Source: Lama guanicoe (Eukaryota). From it: a stretch of DNA of 64,000 bases. Below, in pieces: positions 35,409-50,612 of this stretch. The position numbers and the translations under genes were made by a program. The stretch lies in contig MU054400.1 of NCBI GenBank assembly GCA_013239625.1, forward strand, positions 2,081,345 through 2,145,344. The letters run 5' to 3'. The stretch's first letter is position 1, and the number at the start of each line of letters is the position of its first letter. The notes below the pieces were generated by a model. That model made no database searches and had not been told where the DNA came from. It worked only from the letters and a program-made list of their open reading frames with translations.

Positions 35409-37572
35409 CTGTAAAGAAAAATAGGGCAAATTATTAAGGAAATAACATTTTGGGGGCATTTTCTTTTTAGAATAAATGAGACCAAAGGTATTGTTTAATA
35501 TGAAGAGGAAGCAGCTTTTTTTCAGTTTGTTGCAAATTTGAATGAGCATACCACTAAATTATTTTTAAATAGTTATTTTTACAAATGGTTAAAGTAAGCT
35601 GTAGAAAACAGCTATCTATTTAAATTAGTCTGGACTTAGTAAGACCACCAGCGTCCTATTTTTTAGAGGTTATTTGCACTGTCCCAGATTTTAAAAAAAT
35701 AAAAATTGTGATCAATACTAAATTAAAGTTTGTTCCATATGATCAGCAAATTTGGTGATTCAGTTCATTACTCTTTGGGGTAATTAAATTCAAGTTCTGT
35801 ATAGTTTTGTTCATATTAGACAGCATTAGAAATCTGATTTTGTACATTAGTGGGTTGAAGAGTAGGTTATACTTTTCATACTGCTCAATGGTGTATATAA
35901 ATCTGTATTTAATTTGCTCCAAATGAAACTGTATGTATGGTATTTGAGCCAAGGGAAGAAAAAAGTAGCTTAAAAGACAAAATATTTTTCATCAATTACT
36001 TTTAACATAACATTTTCTGCCTCATTCTGACTCAAAAAGTAAATACTCACTTTAAAAACACAGAAAGCACAAAGGTACAGAGAAGAAAATTTAAGCCATC
36101 CATAACTATTCTACCCTCCATTTTAACCATAAATAATGATTGGATGTATTTATAATAATTTTATAGTTTTTTTCTCCATTTTTATAAACTATAGCAATGA
36201 TACTCAAATTTAGTTGATTACTAGAATCACCTACGTGGTAATACTTCTTAAATTCTAATGTCTAGACTTTGTCCCAAACCTATTTATTTACAATTATTAG
36301 GAGTGGGCTGAACAATCTGCAATTCAAAAAGTTCCCAAGTGATTCTGATGACCAGCCACGTTTGGGAACTACTTGTCTGTGGAAGTGTGTTCCTTAGATT
36401 GGTGGTTATCTAAGGGGCACACAGAACCCAGACCCACTTAATAATGTTAGTAGCTTCTCTTGGTTTCTTTCTTTTTCTGCCTGTAACTTCCCTCTTGGTG
36501 TTCAAAAACATTTCTATATCGACCCTCTTTAAAAAAAAAACCAAGTATAAGAATGCTGTTATTCACTCCTGACCAAATAAAACTTTTGCAAAGATTCATT
36601 CACAGAAAAAAAGGATGAAGAGGTTTTATAAAACTTGAGATGTATAATGACATGTACTAAAAACAAGATTTATTTCTTGATAGCAGGGAGATAAAAATAA
36701 ACTTACCAAAAAAAACTTCTATAAGGTAGATACCCACCATACATAAGTACCAATGTTATACAGCTTAAAACTCTTACCTTGCTTCTAAACAAGTTCAAAA
36801 TAATAATAATAATAAGGATCTTTTCAAAGACTCCCAGGCCAAGTCTTTTCCTTCCTGGGACTGATGAGACGTCAGAGCTGGACATCTTATGCTCTCTATG
36901 CTACCAGTGGTGGCTTTCAGACCTTTCTGACTATGACCCCACATTAATTAACTCATTTTATATCATGACATAGACAAACATACACACGTATATACAAGTA
37001 TATGTGTGTGTGTATATTCACACATATACATATACTGAAACACAGCCCTGATATTTTTTTACTGCTTCATCCAGAAAAAAATACTGAATGCCAGCTTGTA
37101 AATGCAGAAGAAATGATAGAATTAGAAAAATCACTATTTTGCAACTACCAAAATAACAATTGATACAAATATCATCAATGGACGCTAAAATTATTAGGTA
37201 AAAAGAATAGGATATTTACACAATCTCAAAATATAACTTCACATGTTATTTATTAATTACAAAAGGGAAAAGATATATTTACAATGAAGATATCTAGGGG
37301 ATATTACTGTATCAAATGATCAAACTTTTTATATAATAGAGTAAATATTATTATGTATCTTCCCTCATTATGATTCACTGGCAAATATGCCATGTCATCT
37401 ATGTGGTACCAAGGATTTTTCCGAATTACTTTTCTGAATTCCTGTATATACCAATATCTAGAATAAATTTAATATTTCCTAAAATGTAAACTATATGACA
37501 CATAATAACAAAATTATTCGTATGTTTGGTGAAAAATTTTGGCCTAAGAATAAAATAGCACATTTATTCTCA

Positions 37573-37722
<150 letters not shown>

Positions 37723-38176
37723 CTATAACCAAATATTCAATTAAAAAAAACCTTTTTTGGTAAATGCTCTCAATTCTAAACACTTACTCACAATGATGAT
37801 TTTTGCCTACTAAATGAATAAGAATCAGAGGAGAATTCCTCTCCCCACACAATTTCAATCAGGCATTTTACTCAGCTGTATGTTAAAGATAGGTAGGACA
37901 AGCTTGCTGTTCTAAAACAAGACCACAGAATAAGGATGGAAGGGGAGAAGAAGTCCATGAGCAAGATACGTTCTAGCTGCCCATTCTATCTCCATGTTCA
38001 TAGTCCACATCAGCTAACATACACCCTTATCGTCCCCTATTCTTTAGGACATACATACCACTCTAAGCACAGTAAATAGAATCTTCATTCATTTGCTATT
38101 ATGTAATAATAACGAAGTATAGTTTAAAACAATTTTTCTGTATTGATGGGCTCTGTTTTTGTTTAGTCAAGTTTCA

Positions 38177-38338
<162 letters not shown>

Positions 38339-39278
38339 TCAGTCACATAGATCCTTTAAAAATACTACTGGTGAACCAAGACAGCAGTGCAGTCAGGCAA
38401 AGATTAACTGTCCTCATACTTAATGAATTTATTTCTTGACCCTATATATAGCTCTTCATTTTCACTGGTAAATTCTGATCATTATTATCACCACAGCAGT
38501 TTTTATTAGAAATTTTACATTTTCTGTAATGTTAAAATATTAATTGCACAGATATGACGAAAGATAAATTTTTCCATCTATACTAAAAAGGACAAGGACA
38601 CAAGAAAACAAAAGATTGCACATAGAGTTGAGGAAAAGCTTTAAATACCTTGATTAATCTTAAAGCAGGATTTTTAAAACAATGTAGAATGTTTTTATTT
38701 TGTTTTGTTTTGTCAAGGTGTACATACTCTAAGGCCCACAAAAATTATTTTTATCTGACTTTTCATATCACTAAAGCACTGTCAAATGTAGGTCATATTC
38801 ATATAACATCTATGGTCTCTTAGAACTATTCATTTGTGTAGAGATTTTTCCCTCTTTGGGGAAGCAAGAGATCTGTATTTTGGCTTCTATGTTTCCTAAG
38901 CTTTAAAAATTTCCACATGGCTGATTTACTTAACCTATAGTAAAAGCTAATGCATGAGAAATTAGATCCTCAACTGTGAAAACAATCTAGCAAAGACTGA
39001 AGAGATAAAACTAATAAAATTAGTATAGGAGGAAATGTTCAAATATATGAGTACTGATATCACCACAGCTCTACCAACATAACACTATCATTCACCCTTA
39101 CTTTTCATAGTTTAATATGATATGAACTAAGGTGAGACTCTGTCAAGAAACAAATCACAGTCTCTCAAGAATTAACTTGGGAACCTTTACAAATTTTACT
39201 TTCTACTCTTGCATCCTCAGAATTAAACCCACTCACTGAGAACTACTGATTTTTAACAATTATGTAATATTTCAATTA

Positions 39279-39776
39279 CAGTCAGTTTTCCTATAGTGCT
39301 GTTTTGTGTTTTGAGATTAATACATCAGGGAACAACTTGAACGCAACATGAATTGTGTACTTGCTTAAGCACAATTTCGTGAACACAGAAACCTGCACCC
39401 ATGCACACACCTCAGATATCTGCTGGCTATTTCAGTTCATTGTGTCATGAACCACACCAACCTTCCATCCTTCCTTGACTTAGCAGTAACACACACAAGC
39501 TGCAACCCCTCTGAAACCTCCTTCTACAGCAAACTTTACGTTGTCTTCAAAGTGCCATTATTATTATAGTATTTATGTGTTTAACTATTTTAACATCTAT
39601 AAAACTGTTACTGTTTTTATTAGGCTCCCATCTTTTTTTAATGTGTCACTGACGAAATTTTTGAGTGTTGTATGCGCCTAACTCCATTTTCCCTATAAAC
39701 TTTGTGATTTAATTGTCTAACTTTGTAGAGGTTAGTGATTTATAGGAACATGTATTGCATTATAACAGATTGACTG
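39279..39776. mobile_element. Tigger8-like DNA transposon
   Basis: TA|CAGTCAGTTTTCCTATA ... TATAACAGATTGACTG|TA inverted termini. Confidence 0.72.
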
Positions 39777-41131
39777 TATTTACATTTATATTATAAATGC
39801 TAGAGTTTGTACACTCTGATATACTGTACTTTTCATGTAATGATCCTATATAAAATTCTTCTACTTGGATTATTTATAGTATGGCGTATGGACACTAATG
39901 TTATTTATTGCTAGCCATTTTTAATCTATTTTTGAGAGTAAGCTTTTATCAGTTAACTTTTTCACTTTTCACAAATGTTTCCTTAAGGAATATTACTTTA
40001 TTTTTACATACTTAAAAAATCACACATCCAGTATACAATGATACCCTTAATTTCTCCAATTAAAACTATACCTTGTAAACAATCATTTTCTTTTCATAAT
40101 TTTATTCATTAAATGATCCACATGGAGCTCAGTGACATGTACAGATCTAAATTAATCTCAGCATACTGATATCTAATTATTCAAATAATGCCTTTTTCCA
40201 TTATTATTTAACTTCTATGTTATCACAGTTAAGCTGTATAATAGTTAAGTTACAGTTATAACTATATAACTATTTCACTCATATTATTTTGACAACTGTT
40301 AAATAGTTTAAATTTTGGACAGTTCCACTCCCAGTATCTTCATATTTGAAACAATTTTTGTTATTTTATTTACTTACCCTTTTAAGGTAAGCTTCATAAT
40401 TTCTTAGGTGCTATACAGTACTCACAGGAGCTATATTTTGCATTTCTTAACATTTGTTAACAAGGGAAATTGTTTATTACACTTACTTTTGTCTATTCAG
40501 AAGATTTTCTCATTTATTCATGTCTTTCTCTATGCCTCTTTTATGGTTCATAATTTTCTTTTGCAATTTAATACACACTTCCCTTTCTGTTATGAATGAA
40601 AAATGTTCATAGAGCGTTCAACGTTACTGTTACCAGGTACACATATTCAGGAATGCAACTGACTTAGGGAGTTTTCATATAACATCAGCTTTTTTAATCT
40701 TATTATCTCTAATCGTTTTGTGTTGATTTCCTTGGCTTCCTGCTGGTGACACAGCACCAGAAGTTTAGAGTGGCAGCAAAAGTATGAAGAGTTCGGGTGG
40801 GGGGAGGGGGGAGAAGGAAACCTAGGCTTTCTCTCTAATAATTAATAAGCAGAAGCTTAAACAAATGTTATTCTTGTTTTCTCTCTAAATGCAGTCCAAT
40901 AATTCATAAGAAGTGAAATTTCAAGAGTTTCTTAACTGAATAGTTGTAAACTTCTATAATACTAAGGTGCTGTAAGAGAGACTTGTAATAATAAAATTAT
41001 CAGCAACAATCCAGTTTGTATCACTTGGGAAACCTTTTTATTTTACTGATTTCATAAATCACGTATCTTGAAAAGTTGTCTTCAAATATTTTTAAGATTA
41101 ACTTTTAATTCTAAAAACAGAAATCACTTAC

Positions 41132-41195
41132 TTTCACCTTCCTGAAGCATTTTCAGTAACTGTGCATTTCTTGCCTTTACTTCTTTATACTTTGC
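41132..41195 (-). CDS. GKAP1: GKAP1 coding exon (64 nt, AKYKEVKARNAQLLKMLQEGE + A)
   Basis: Acceptor tattag, donor A|GTAAGT; phase 0/1 joins the next exon to make ATG. Confidence 0.95.
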
Positions 41196-43422
41196 CTAAT
41201 AGTCAAAGAAAAAGAGATTTAATTTTTAAAAAGTAAACGATACAATTAATGATTTACTATAAATTTATCGAACTTTGAATTCTGGGCTTGCTCAATTGTT
41301 TCTGAAAGAAACAAGATGAAGGAAAATGTACTCAGAACTGTCTACTACTTAATTAAATCCCTGGTATAATAATATAAATTAATATAAGTGATTGAAGAAG
41401 AGTAGAATAAAAGTAGAGAAAACTGAGAATACTACTAAATTTTCCGAAGAATTTCTTTTCTTCCTCAAATAAAATCCTTATACATTCAAAATACTTAGAT
41501 AAAAACAAAACAAAAAAACTGACTCATAGCCTTCTAACTAGTACTATACTAGAACTCTAAGTACCTGTTCTATATCTGCCACTGTCCAATATTTGGCTAC
41601 TTAATGGAAACAAGGCCAGTATGATTTTAATTTTATTTAGTTTTGTTTAATAAAGTTTTAAATTTTATTTAATTTTTATTTATAAAATTTTTAAAATTCA
41701 CTTTTATTTACTTAAAAATCCATGTGATGTATTAATTTTATACCACATGTAGTGGTTACTGTACAGCACAGTTCTGTAGTCTCAGTTAAGGCTTTACTAT
41801 TCTCTTGTGATCTCATTAACTAAATATTGTTAAAATAATTTTTGGCTGACATGAATTAGTAATTTATGGAAATATCCTTCAATTATTTTTCAACTTTATT
41901 TCCAAATGGCTTAGCTTTTCTTCAAAGTACATATGACACAGTTATATTATGAACAATTTAGGAATTATGTTCCCACATTAACATCCATATTTTGAATAAT
42001 TTTGCCCCTATACTACCCTTATTCAACATATCTTATAATACATACTGAATTTATAAATATTTAATACATTAAAGGAAACAATGCATTTAATAATTATAGA
42101 AATACAAGAGGTCAGAGAAAGCAAACAGATCAATATAAGAAACCTGTCATCTTTTCTCTCAACATGTACACAGATGCAGAAAGAAGTTACCAGATTCAAA
42201 GATCTTTGTAAAACAAATTTAATGTATCTTAAATTAAGTCCATTAGATGACTTTTACTAAATACTCCAGTAACTTGCTTAGGATAAATCAATAATGGTAC
42301 AGAGTGATACTGCAAACAATTCACTGAACAGAAGAAGCAAGCACCATCATAAACATAAAGGGAGTAAGACTTTTGAGAAGCTTAGAAATGAAGGAAGGAG
42401 CTAAATCAGATGGAAACATAAAAATATGAAGGGGAAAACCATATAAAGTCAACTACAACTATATTCACTATGAATGTAGAAATATATCTACTGGGAATAT
42501 GAAACTTTATCTTATTACGAGATTCTCACTCTCAGGGCTTCAATCAATGTTAATATCAAATTCTATCTCGAGCTCAAGCCCTTTGTCCAAGGTCCAGGTC
42601 AGTGTACATGGAGGCACTTCTTTAGCTGGTCTTCAAGGTCTAAAGCAAGCTCATAAAGCAAAGATTGCAAATGAGCAAAATTAACTGTGAAAATTCTTCA
42701 TGTTGTCCATAAAAAGATCATACAGTTTTGTATATGTAATCCCGAATAGTAAATACATCTATAAAAGCATAAAAGTATAAAATCCTAGTACTGTGTAATT
42801 TATAATAGTTTATGAAATAAACAGTGCCCTCTTTAGTATTTTTAACTTCATGAAAAAGAGAACACTTAAAGTTAAATGCACGTACATTTAACTCCACTGT
42901 GATTCCACTGTGTCCAATACAGATGTCCAACATCCTGAACACCAATGCCTGTAACCACAGCCATTTCAAACTCAACATGTCCAAAATGGAATCTATTAGT
43001 TCCCATTCCCCAGACCATTTCAAAATGTGTTCTTCCTCTTACACTCAATACCTGTTCATTGTACTACCAGACTGTCTTCACTCCAGGCCTCAGCTATGTG
43101 CATTACCTTCCACAAAACAATTCTTATGCCATTTTCCCTTCTAAAACCTTAACTACCCTCCTCCTTGTCTCAGATACAAATGCCTTCAAACTCTGACACC
43201 AACTAACATCTCCAATCTCATCTTCTACAACTTCCCATTTCTCTAAATGTCAGCAGCCATGTATTTCCTACCATTTCCATGCCTTTGTATGGACTGTTCT
43301 ATCTGGAAAAACTGTCTCATTTTGTGAAATCCTTACCAATTTTCAATAGCACCAATGGATTCATTCCTGTTCTCGGCTTCTGGAGCACTCTGTCAAATCT
43401 CAGTCACAAATTCTACATTGTA

Positions 43423-43481
43423 ATTGACACAATACTGTAAATTGGCTATATCTCAATAAAAATAAATAAATAATAAAAAAG
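43423..43481 (+). mobile_element. ~59-bp L1 tail insertion
   Basis: Perfect 16-bp TSD CAAATTCTACATTGTA at 43407-43422 and 43482-43497; A-rich tail. Confidence 0.75.
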
Positions 43482-43924
43482 CAAATTCTACATTGTACTG
43501 CAATTATTTACATGTTTATCCTCTCCATTAGACTATGAACTTCTTACTAACTTATCTTTGTATTCACTGTGCCTAACACATGGTAGGTGCTCAACAAAAG
43601 CAAAGGAAAAATATAAATGACAAAGAAAAAGCTAAGGGAGAAGTGGGTGCCGTTCAAAAAGGTTTTTGCAGGGATGGCTCCTAAAGGGATGAGTAGAAGA
43701 GGAAGGGAAACCATCAGGGCTGGAACTTGCTTTATTTATTTCACTATTACATATACAGGTGCAGAAAAAGCACCTGGCATATTATAGGCATTCAATAAAT
43801 AATTGTTGAATGAATAAATATGAGATCAAAAAAGAATGATACTTGAGATGAATAAGATATTTTTTTAAAAGCCTAAGGAAGGAAGAGAGTAATCGGTCTG
43901 TGGTTAAAATAAATTATATAAATA

Positions 43925-45020
43925 ACTAGTGTTGGTTAGGATGTGAAGAAACTGGTACTCTTGTGCACTGCTGGTGGAAATTTAACATGGTGCAGATGCT
44001 ATGGAAAACAGTTTAGTGGTTCCTTAAAAAGTTAAGCATGAAATTACCATATGACCTAGCAATCCCACTCTTAGGTATATACCAAAAGAATTGAAAGCAG
44101 GATCTCAGATACTTGTACACCAATGATCATAGCAGTGTTATTCATAATAGCCAAAAGGTGGAAACAACGCAAGTGCCCATCAACAGATGAATAGACAAAA
44201 AAAAGTGGTATATACATACAGTGCAGTTCTTATTCAGCCATAAAAAGGAAAGAAGTTCAGATACATGCTAAAACACAGATAGATACACATGTTGAAAACA
44301 TTTTTCCAAGTGAAATACGCTAGACACAAAAGGACAAATATCATGACTCCACTTCTATGAAGTACCTAGAATAAGCAAATTCACAGAGAATTAGAGGTTA
44401 CCAAGGACTGCAGTGGAAAGGGAAGTAGGGAGTTTAATGGGTACAGAGTTTCTATTTGAGATGATGGAAAAGTTCTGGAAATAGATCATGGTGATGGTTA
44501 CACATGAGGAGGAAAAACGTTGCCTGCCATATCGGTAAACAAAGGATGTTGCAGCCATCAAGCCAGCAGCCACTGCAGCTGCCCCAACTGTGCACCCTGA
44601 GGGGATTCAAGATGGGGGAAAGCAGGACATTGGCCCTAGTTAAGATGCACATCAAAGGAACAACTTCAATGGACCCATCGTCTTGCAACTTCCCATACAC
44701 AGAAAAGTGCTAAACTTATTAACTTGAGATATCTGATTTTCTTTAATTAACAGTAATCTTCTGATGTTCCGATTACCTAATTTTTGTTGCAAAACTACTA
44801 TATATCCTGGCTCCTCCCTTACCTCTTCAAAGCAGTCCCTCAGAGTGATCTGAGAGGCTGTCTTCCGGGCTTAAAGTCCTCAGAGAATCCACCAAATAAA
44901 AACATAATTCTCAACTTTTAGGTTGTGCATATTTTTTTGGTCAACATCTAATACTGAGAAGGTACTTAATGCCACTGAATTGTATGGCTAAAATTGGCAA
45001 CTTTAATGTTATATATACCA
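43925..45020 (+). mobile_element. Old L1 (L1MB-like) ORF2 end/3' UTR, interrupted by the solo LTR
   Basis: Typical L1M motifs (ttaccatatgacctagcaatcccactc, cccatcaacagatgaat, gaaaagttctggaaatag). Confidence 0.8.
44505..44946 (+). mobile_element. Solo LTR (ERV1-like) inserted in an old L1 3' end, antisense in a GKAP1 intron
   Basis: TG...CA termini, TATA-like ctatatat (~44797-44804), AATAAA 44895-44900; L1 sequence resumes on both sides. Confidence 0.75.
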
Positions 45021-45171
45021 TGGTAAAAATATACTATCACTCAGATTATGTCTAATTAATGAGTTAAAAAACCTAAACAGCAGAAATATTGTTTCCATCA
45101 TTCAAATATTAAACATATTCACATATAAGAAAAACAGAAAATGTACAAATTTATAGAATTATTTTAGCTTA

Positions 45172-45315
<144 letters not shown>

Positions 45316-48015
45316 TTAGAATGAAGATAGTTGGGCCAATTCTGGTTTACAATATCCTTTTTGAAAAGTTTAAGAGGAAAAAAATCCCAATTTTAATTCA
45401 TCTCCTAAAGCAACCTTAAAGTTGTTGACTACATTTCCACTTGTACTCAGTTATATAATTGTAATTATGTACAGTACAAGCAATAAAATATTTATGACTA
45501 ATCTCAAACTACAAACATTACCAAGAACAATACCAGGACTTTGAAATGGTATTTCCATCCTGGAATAAACATACTAAAAGTGGTCTGTAACAAGTTGTTA
45601 TTAGTCTATCTTAAAAAGCTGAAACAATTGAAAACTTATGAGAAAAACACACACAAAAAAATACCAAATCCCCAAATAAATAGCTTTTCTCTAGATCAGC
45701 AATTAACAGGGAGAGGATATAACTAGGAAAAAACATTTCTCCCAACATTAATTTAAAAAAAATCTCCAAGAATAAAGTTCAGTAATTTTCAGGATTAATA
45801 AATTACAAAATATTGAAAAGGAAAGAACAAAGCATGTCTGTAGACAGGAAAGCTAAATATTACTAAATATTAATTTGTATATTCAATAAAATTTCAATAG
45901 AAATTCCAATATGGTTTTGTTCACTGGAATTTAGCAAGACAGTCAAAACTTCATCCGGGAGGATACAGGAAAGAAACAAAAAGTTAATGCAGTAGGATTT
46001 GCCTATCAAATAATTATACACTATACAGCAAAAATAAATAGCATGGTCACGGGACCTAGGTTGACAGAGCAATGTGCAAGAAAACAAAGTCCAGAAAGAG
46101 ATTTAAGATACAAAAATTTATTATAATATAACCAACTTTGGTATTTTAAAGAAGTGAAAAAAGGCTGAATTACAGAATAATGGTAGGTTACGGGACAAAT
46201 GGGTAACTGGGAAAAATCAAGTTAAATCCCTGGCATCTTGCACCATATAACAAAATAAATAAATTTAAATATAAAAAGAATCACTGAAAGTTATACTTTT
46301 GATAAGAGTATAAACTGGTTCTATTTATCTTAATGAATAATGTGGCAACATTGTTTTATTCCAAAAAATACTCACTCAGCAACTATCTGCTAGGTGCTGG
46401 GTGTACTAAGGTGAACCAAACTGAAAAGGTTCTTGCCCTCATGGGACTTGTCTGGTAGAGGAGGCAGGCATTACATAAAGAAATGCTGCAATTAGAAACC
46501 GAGGTTGAAGCAACGAAGGAAAGAAACATAGTGCTATAAAGGGAATAATGTAGATTATTCCCTGGTGGATCAGGGAAGTTCTCTGCAGTAGTAACACTTA
46601 AAATGAAACTCGAGTGGTTGGGTAGAAGCTGACTAAGTAAAAAGTGGAGGGAGGTAAGAGCTTTCCAGGTGAAAGAACAGTATGTACAAAGGCCTGGAGG
46701 CAGGAAAAGAGCCTAGAGAATTTGAAGGCAAGTAAAGAGGCAAGTGAAGTGCAGTTGGAGCTTAGTGAAGAAGACAGTATAAGTTAGTTTGGGAAAAGTA
46801 AGTAGAAGCCTGATCATGGAGGGCCATGCAGGCCATAAGGATGGTCTGTATATAATTCTGAGTAAAACAGAAATCAGTGAAGGATTTTGAGCAGGATATT
46901 TGTTAGGTTTATGTTTTTGAGAGAATCACTGTGGCTGCTGTGTGGAAAGTGCACTTGATCTTAGCCAAAAGCCCAAGAAGTGATGGAAAATGGATTAGAG
47001 TGAGGTAAAACAGGTAGAAAGATCATTTAGATTTCTACTGCAAGCCCAGCTCAAAGAAGATTATGCACTGGATTAGGGTGAAAGTAGTTTAAATGGAGAG
47101 AAGTGTATCATAAATTATTTGGAGGCAGAATCAACAGCATTTGAGGTTCGATGTGACAGGTGAGGAAGACAGACACTTCAATCCAAGTTTCTAGTTTAAG
47201 GAATAAGGTTGGTGGATCAAAAATAGAAATATACATACTATTAGACCCAGGAACCTCACTTTTAGGAATTTATCTTAAATATGTAAGTGAAAGGGGGAAT
47301 ATGTATAAAGTGTTCACTGTAGATTTATTACAACAAAAAAATGGACATCAATTTAAATGTCCACCAGTAGGATGCAGGCTAAATACCTGATAAATTTACA
47401 AAGCTGGAAACTCTGAAATTACTAAAAATGATGATGCAGACCATAAAATGTATCTGCATGATGCCAAAATTGTGATACTATATGCAAAGAAAAAATTCTG
47501 GAAGGATATACACCAAAATTTTAGTAACTCTCTTAGAATGTGAGATTATGGAAGATTTTTACTTTTTTGTTTAAAAATTGTCTTTCATCAAAATTGTTTT
47601 ATACTGAGTTTATAATCACTGAATAACATAAAACACTAACACTATCTTAATTTTTAAAAATGAAACCACTAAAGTATTAAAGTAAAATCTACATAATATG
47701 AATAGCCATTATCCTTAAATAGGAAAGCCCTTCTGAACACAATACCAAAGGGAAAAAACAAAAAAGAAAAGATTGTTAGATATAACTTGACGAAGAATCT
47801 CCAAAAATACTGAAACAAAATCAAAAGGTAAATCAAAAACTGGAAAAAACAGTTGCAACTCATATGACAGGCATATGACCAACAGAAATGAGAAAGTGTA
47901 TAATCTCAGTAGTAAGCAAAGAAATGTTGTATCAAACTGGTATATTTAATTTTTTCTCAGTGTGGGTAACTGAAAGCAATTTAGCTATAAACATAATTAT
48001 TTAATGAACGTATTA

Positions 48016-48208
48016 CAGCTGACTCTTGAACAACAAGGAGGTCAGGAATGCCAACTTTCTGTGAAATCCGAAGTCCATTTGTAACTTACAGTTGGCCCTC
48101 TATATATGTGGTTCCTTCCTCATCCACAGATTCAACCAACACTGACTGGGAAAATCCGTGTAAAGTAAACCCAAGCAGCTCAAACCTGTATTGCTCAAGG
48201 GTCAACAG
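48016..48208. mobile_element. Tigger2a-like MITE
   Basis: TA|CAGCTGACTCTTGAACAA ... TTGCTCAAGGGTCAACAG|TA TIRs. Confidence 0.78.
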
Positions 48209-48834
48209 TATTACTTGGTGTATCTGAAATGCTCACCATCTCTGTATTTCACTGAAAAGTGGTCCATATAAGTTTCCACATTATTGGGGGGAAAAGTATA
48301 TATCCATACAAAAGTAGGACCATGTAAAGTATCAGTAGTAGTTTTCTCCAGGTGAATGAGACTAGGGTCAATTTTTTCCCACTGCATCTGCAAATTGGGG
48401 ATAATAAGATATGTACCAACTTCATAGTTAACTATGAGAACTAAATGAAATAATTATTTTAGTACTTAATATCTGGCAAATATCTACTAAGGCCCCAAAT
48501 ATTTATTTTTTGCCATTATTGTTTCTATCTTTTCTAATCAGTAGTTTCCAAATTTTCTACATCACTTTTTATAACAGAAAATCATAGTTTTAATGTACAC
48601 CCATTTTTTGTAAAGTCTTGTATTTTATTAAAGTTTATATTATCTTTCAAGTAGAAGATGTTACACTAAAATGAAGATAAAAGGGTGTATATGTGTATAA
48701 GTCTATGTCCACAAGGGATTTGTAATCTATCAAGAATGATAATAAATAAAAATGTGCTATGTGAAAATGTGCCATAAAAAAAGCCAAAATCCTGTGGGTT
48801 ATAGAAGAATAAGGGAAGCTGAAGATTTGTTTAG

Positions 48835-50612
48835 TCGCAGAGGCCCTCCCACAGAAGTGAGAGTTCTAAGCCTCAGGTCAGGCTCCCCAGCCTGGGGCTC
48901 CGGCTTGGGAGGAGGAGGAGACTCCAGGACACCTGGTTTTGAAGGCCAGCAGGGCTTAGCTCCAGGAGCTCCAAGGGACTAGGGGAAACGGGCTTTACTC
49001 TCTTGGGAAGCATACACACAGAATCTCACATGTGCCAGGTCCAAGGGCAGAGGCAGTGATTTCATAGGAACCTGGGCCAGGTCTGTCTGCTGGTTTTAGA
49101 AGGTCTCCTGGGGATGTTGGGGAAGGCTGCGGCTCATCCAGGGGACATAAAAGCTGGTGGCAGACATTCCGGGAGTGTTAATCTATATTAGTTTTCCTGG
49201 AGGCTGGCATCTTGATTGGATCATTAGCACCAAGACCTAGCCCCACCCAACAGCCTGTAGGGAAGCCTCAGGCCAAACAACATATGGGGTGGAGGAACAC
49301 AGTCCCACCCATCAGAAGACCTCCGGAGCCACAAATGCCTCTAGACACAGCCCTACCCACCAGAGGTCCGGGACTAAGCTGCACCCAACAGTGGGTAGGC
49401 ACTGGCTCCTCCCTGCCAGGAAGCCTGAATAAGCCTCTAGTTCAGCTTTATCCACCAGGAGCAGATACCAGAAATAAGAAAACAACAATCCCAAAGCCTG
49501 TGGAAGGAATCCACAAACACAGGCCAGAATCTACACTGGGACTGGCTGGGCCATGGTTCTTGGGTGACAAGAGCAGTGTACTGCCCTGGGAAGCATAGGA
49601 TGTCTTCCACAGAGGGCCACCTCTCCAAGGTTGAGAAACTAACTAACCTACCTAAAAATACAAATAGAATGATAGACAATATGAGGCGGCAGAGGAATTA
49701 TCTCCCAGGCCAAGGCACAAGATAAAATCCTAGAAGAAGAAATTAGTGATGAGAAGATAGGCAATTTAACTGAGAAAAAGTTTAAAGTAATGATGGCGAA
49801 GATGTTCAGAAAACTCGAGGAGTATAGATACACAAAGTGAAGTTTTTAGCAAAGAGTTGGAAAATATAAAGAATATCCAAACAGAGCTGAAGAATAAAAT
49901 CACTAAAATGAATAACATACTAGAAGGAACGAAGGATAGACTAAACAAGGCAGAAGAACGGATCAATGAGCTAGAAAGACAGATTAGTGGAAATCACTAC
50001 TGCAGAACAGAAAAAAGAATGAAAAGAAATGAGGATAGCTTAAGAGAACTCTGGGACAACATGAAGTACACTAATATTTGCATTACAGGGGTCCCAGAAA
50101 GAGAAGAGAGAAAGAACCTGAGAAAATGTTTGGAGAGATAATAACTGAAAACTTCCCCAACTTGGGAAAGGAAACAGTCACCCAAGTCTAGGAAGCACAG
50201 AGTTCCACACAGGATCAACCCAAAGATGAGCACACCAAGGCACATAATCATCAAATTGACAAAAATTAAGGATAAGGAGAAAATATTAAAATTAGCAAGA
50301 GAAAAGCAACAAATAACAAACAAGGGAACTCCCATAAGGTTATCAGCTGATTTTTCAGCAGAAACTCTACAGGCCAGAAGGGATGGCATGATATATTTAA
50401 AGCGATGCAATGGGGAAACTTACAACCAAGAATACTCTATTCAGCAAGGCTATTGTTCAGACTTGATGGAGAAATCAAAAGCGTCACAGATAAACAAAAG
50501 CTAAAAGAATTCAGCATCACCAAATCAGCTTTACAACAAGTTAAAGGACCTTCTCTAGTCATGAAAACCATAAGAGAACAAAAAGAATAAAGAAAGAAAA
50601 ATAGAACTACAA
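48835..50612 (+). mobile_element. L1 5' UTR plus degenerate ORF1
   Basis: ORF1-like peptides NEDSLRELWDNMKYTNICITGVPE and TPRHIIIKLTKIKDKEKILKLAREK...PIRLSADFSAETLQARR with frameshifts. Confidence 0.88.
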
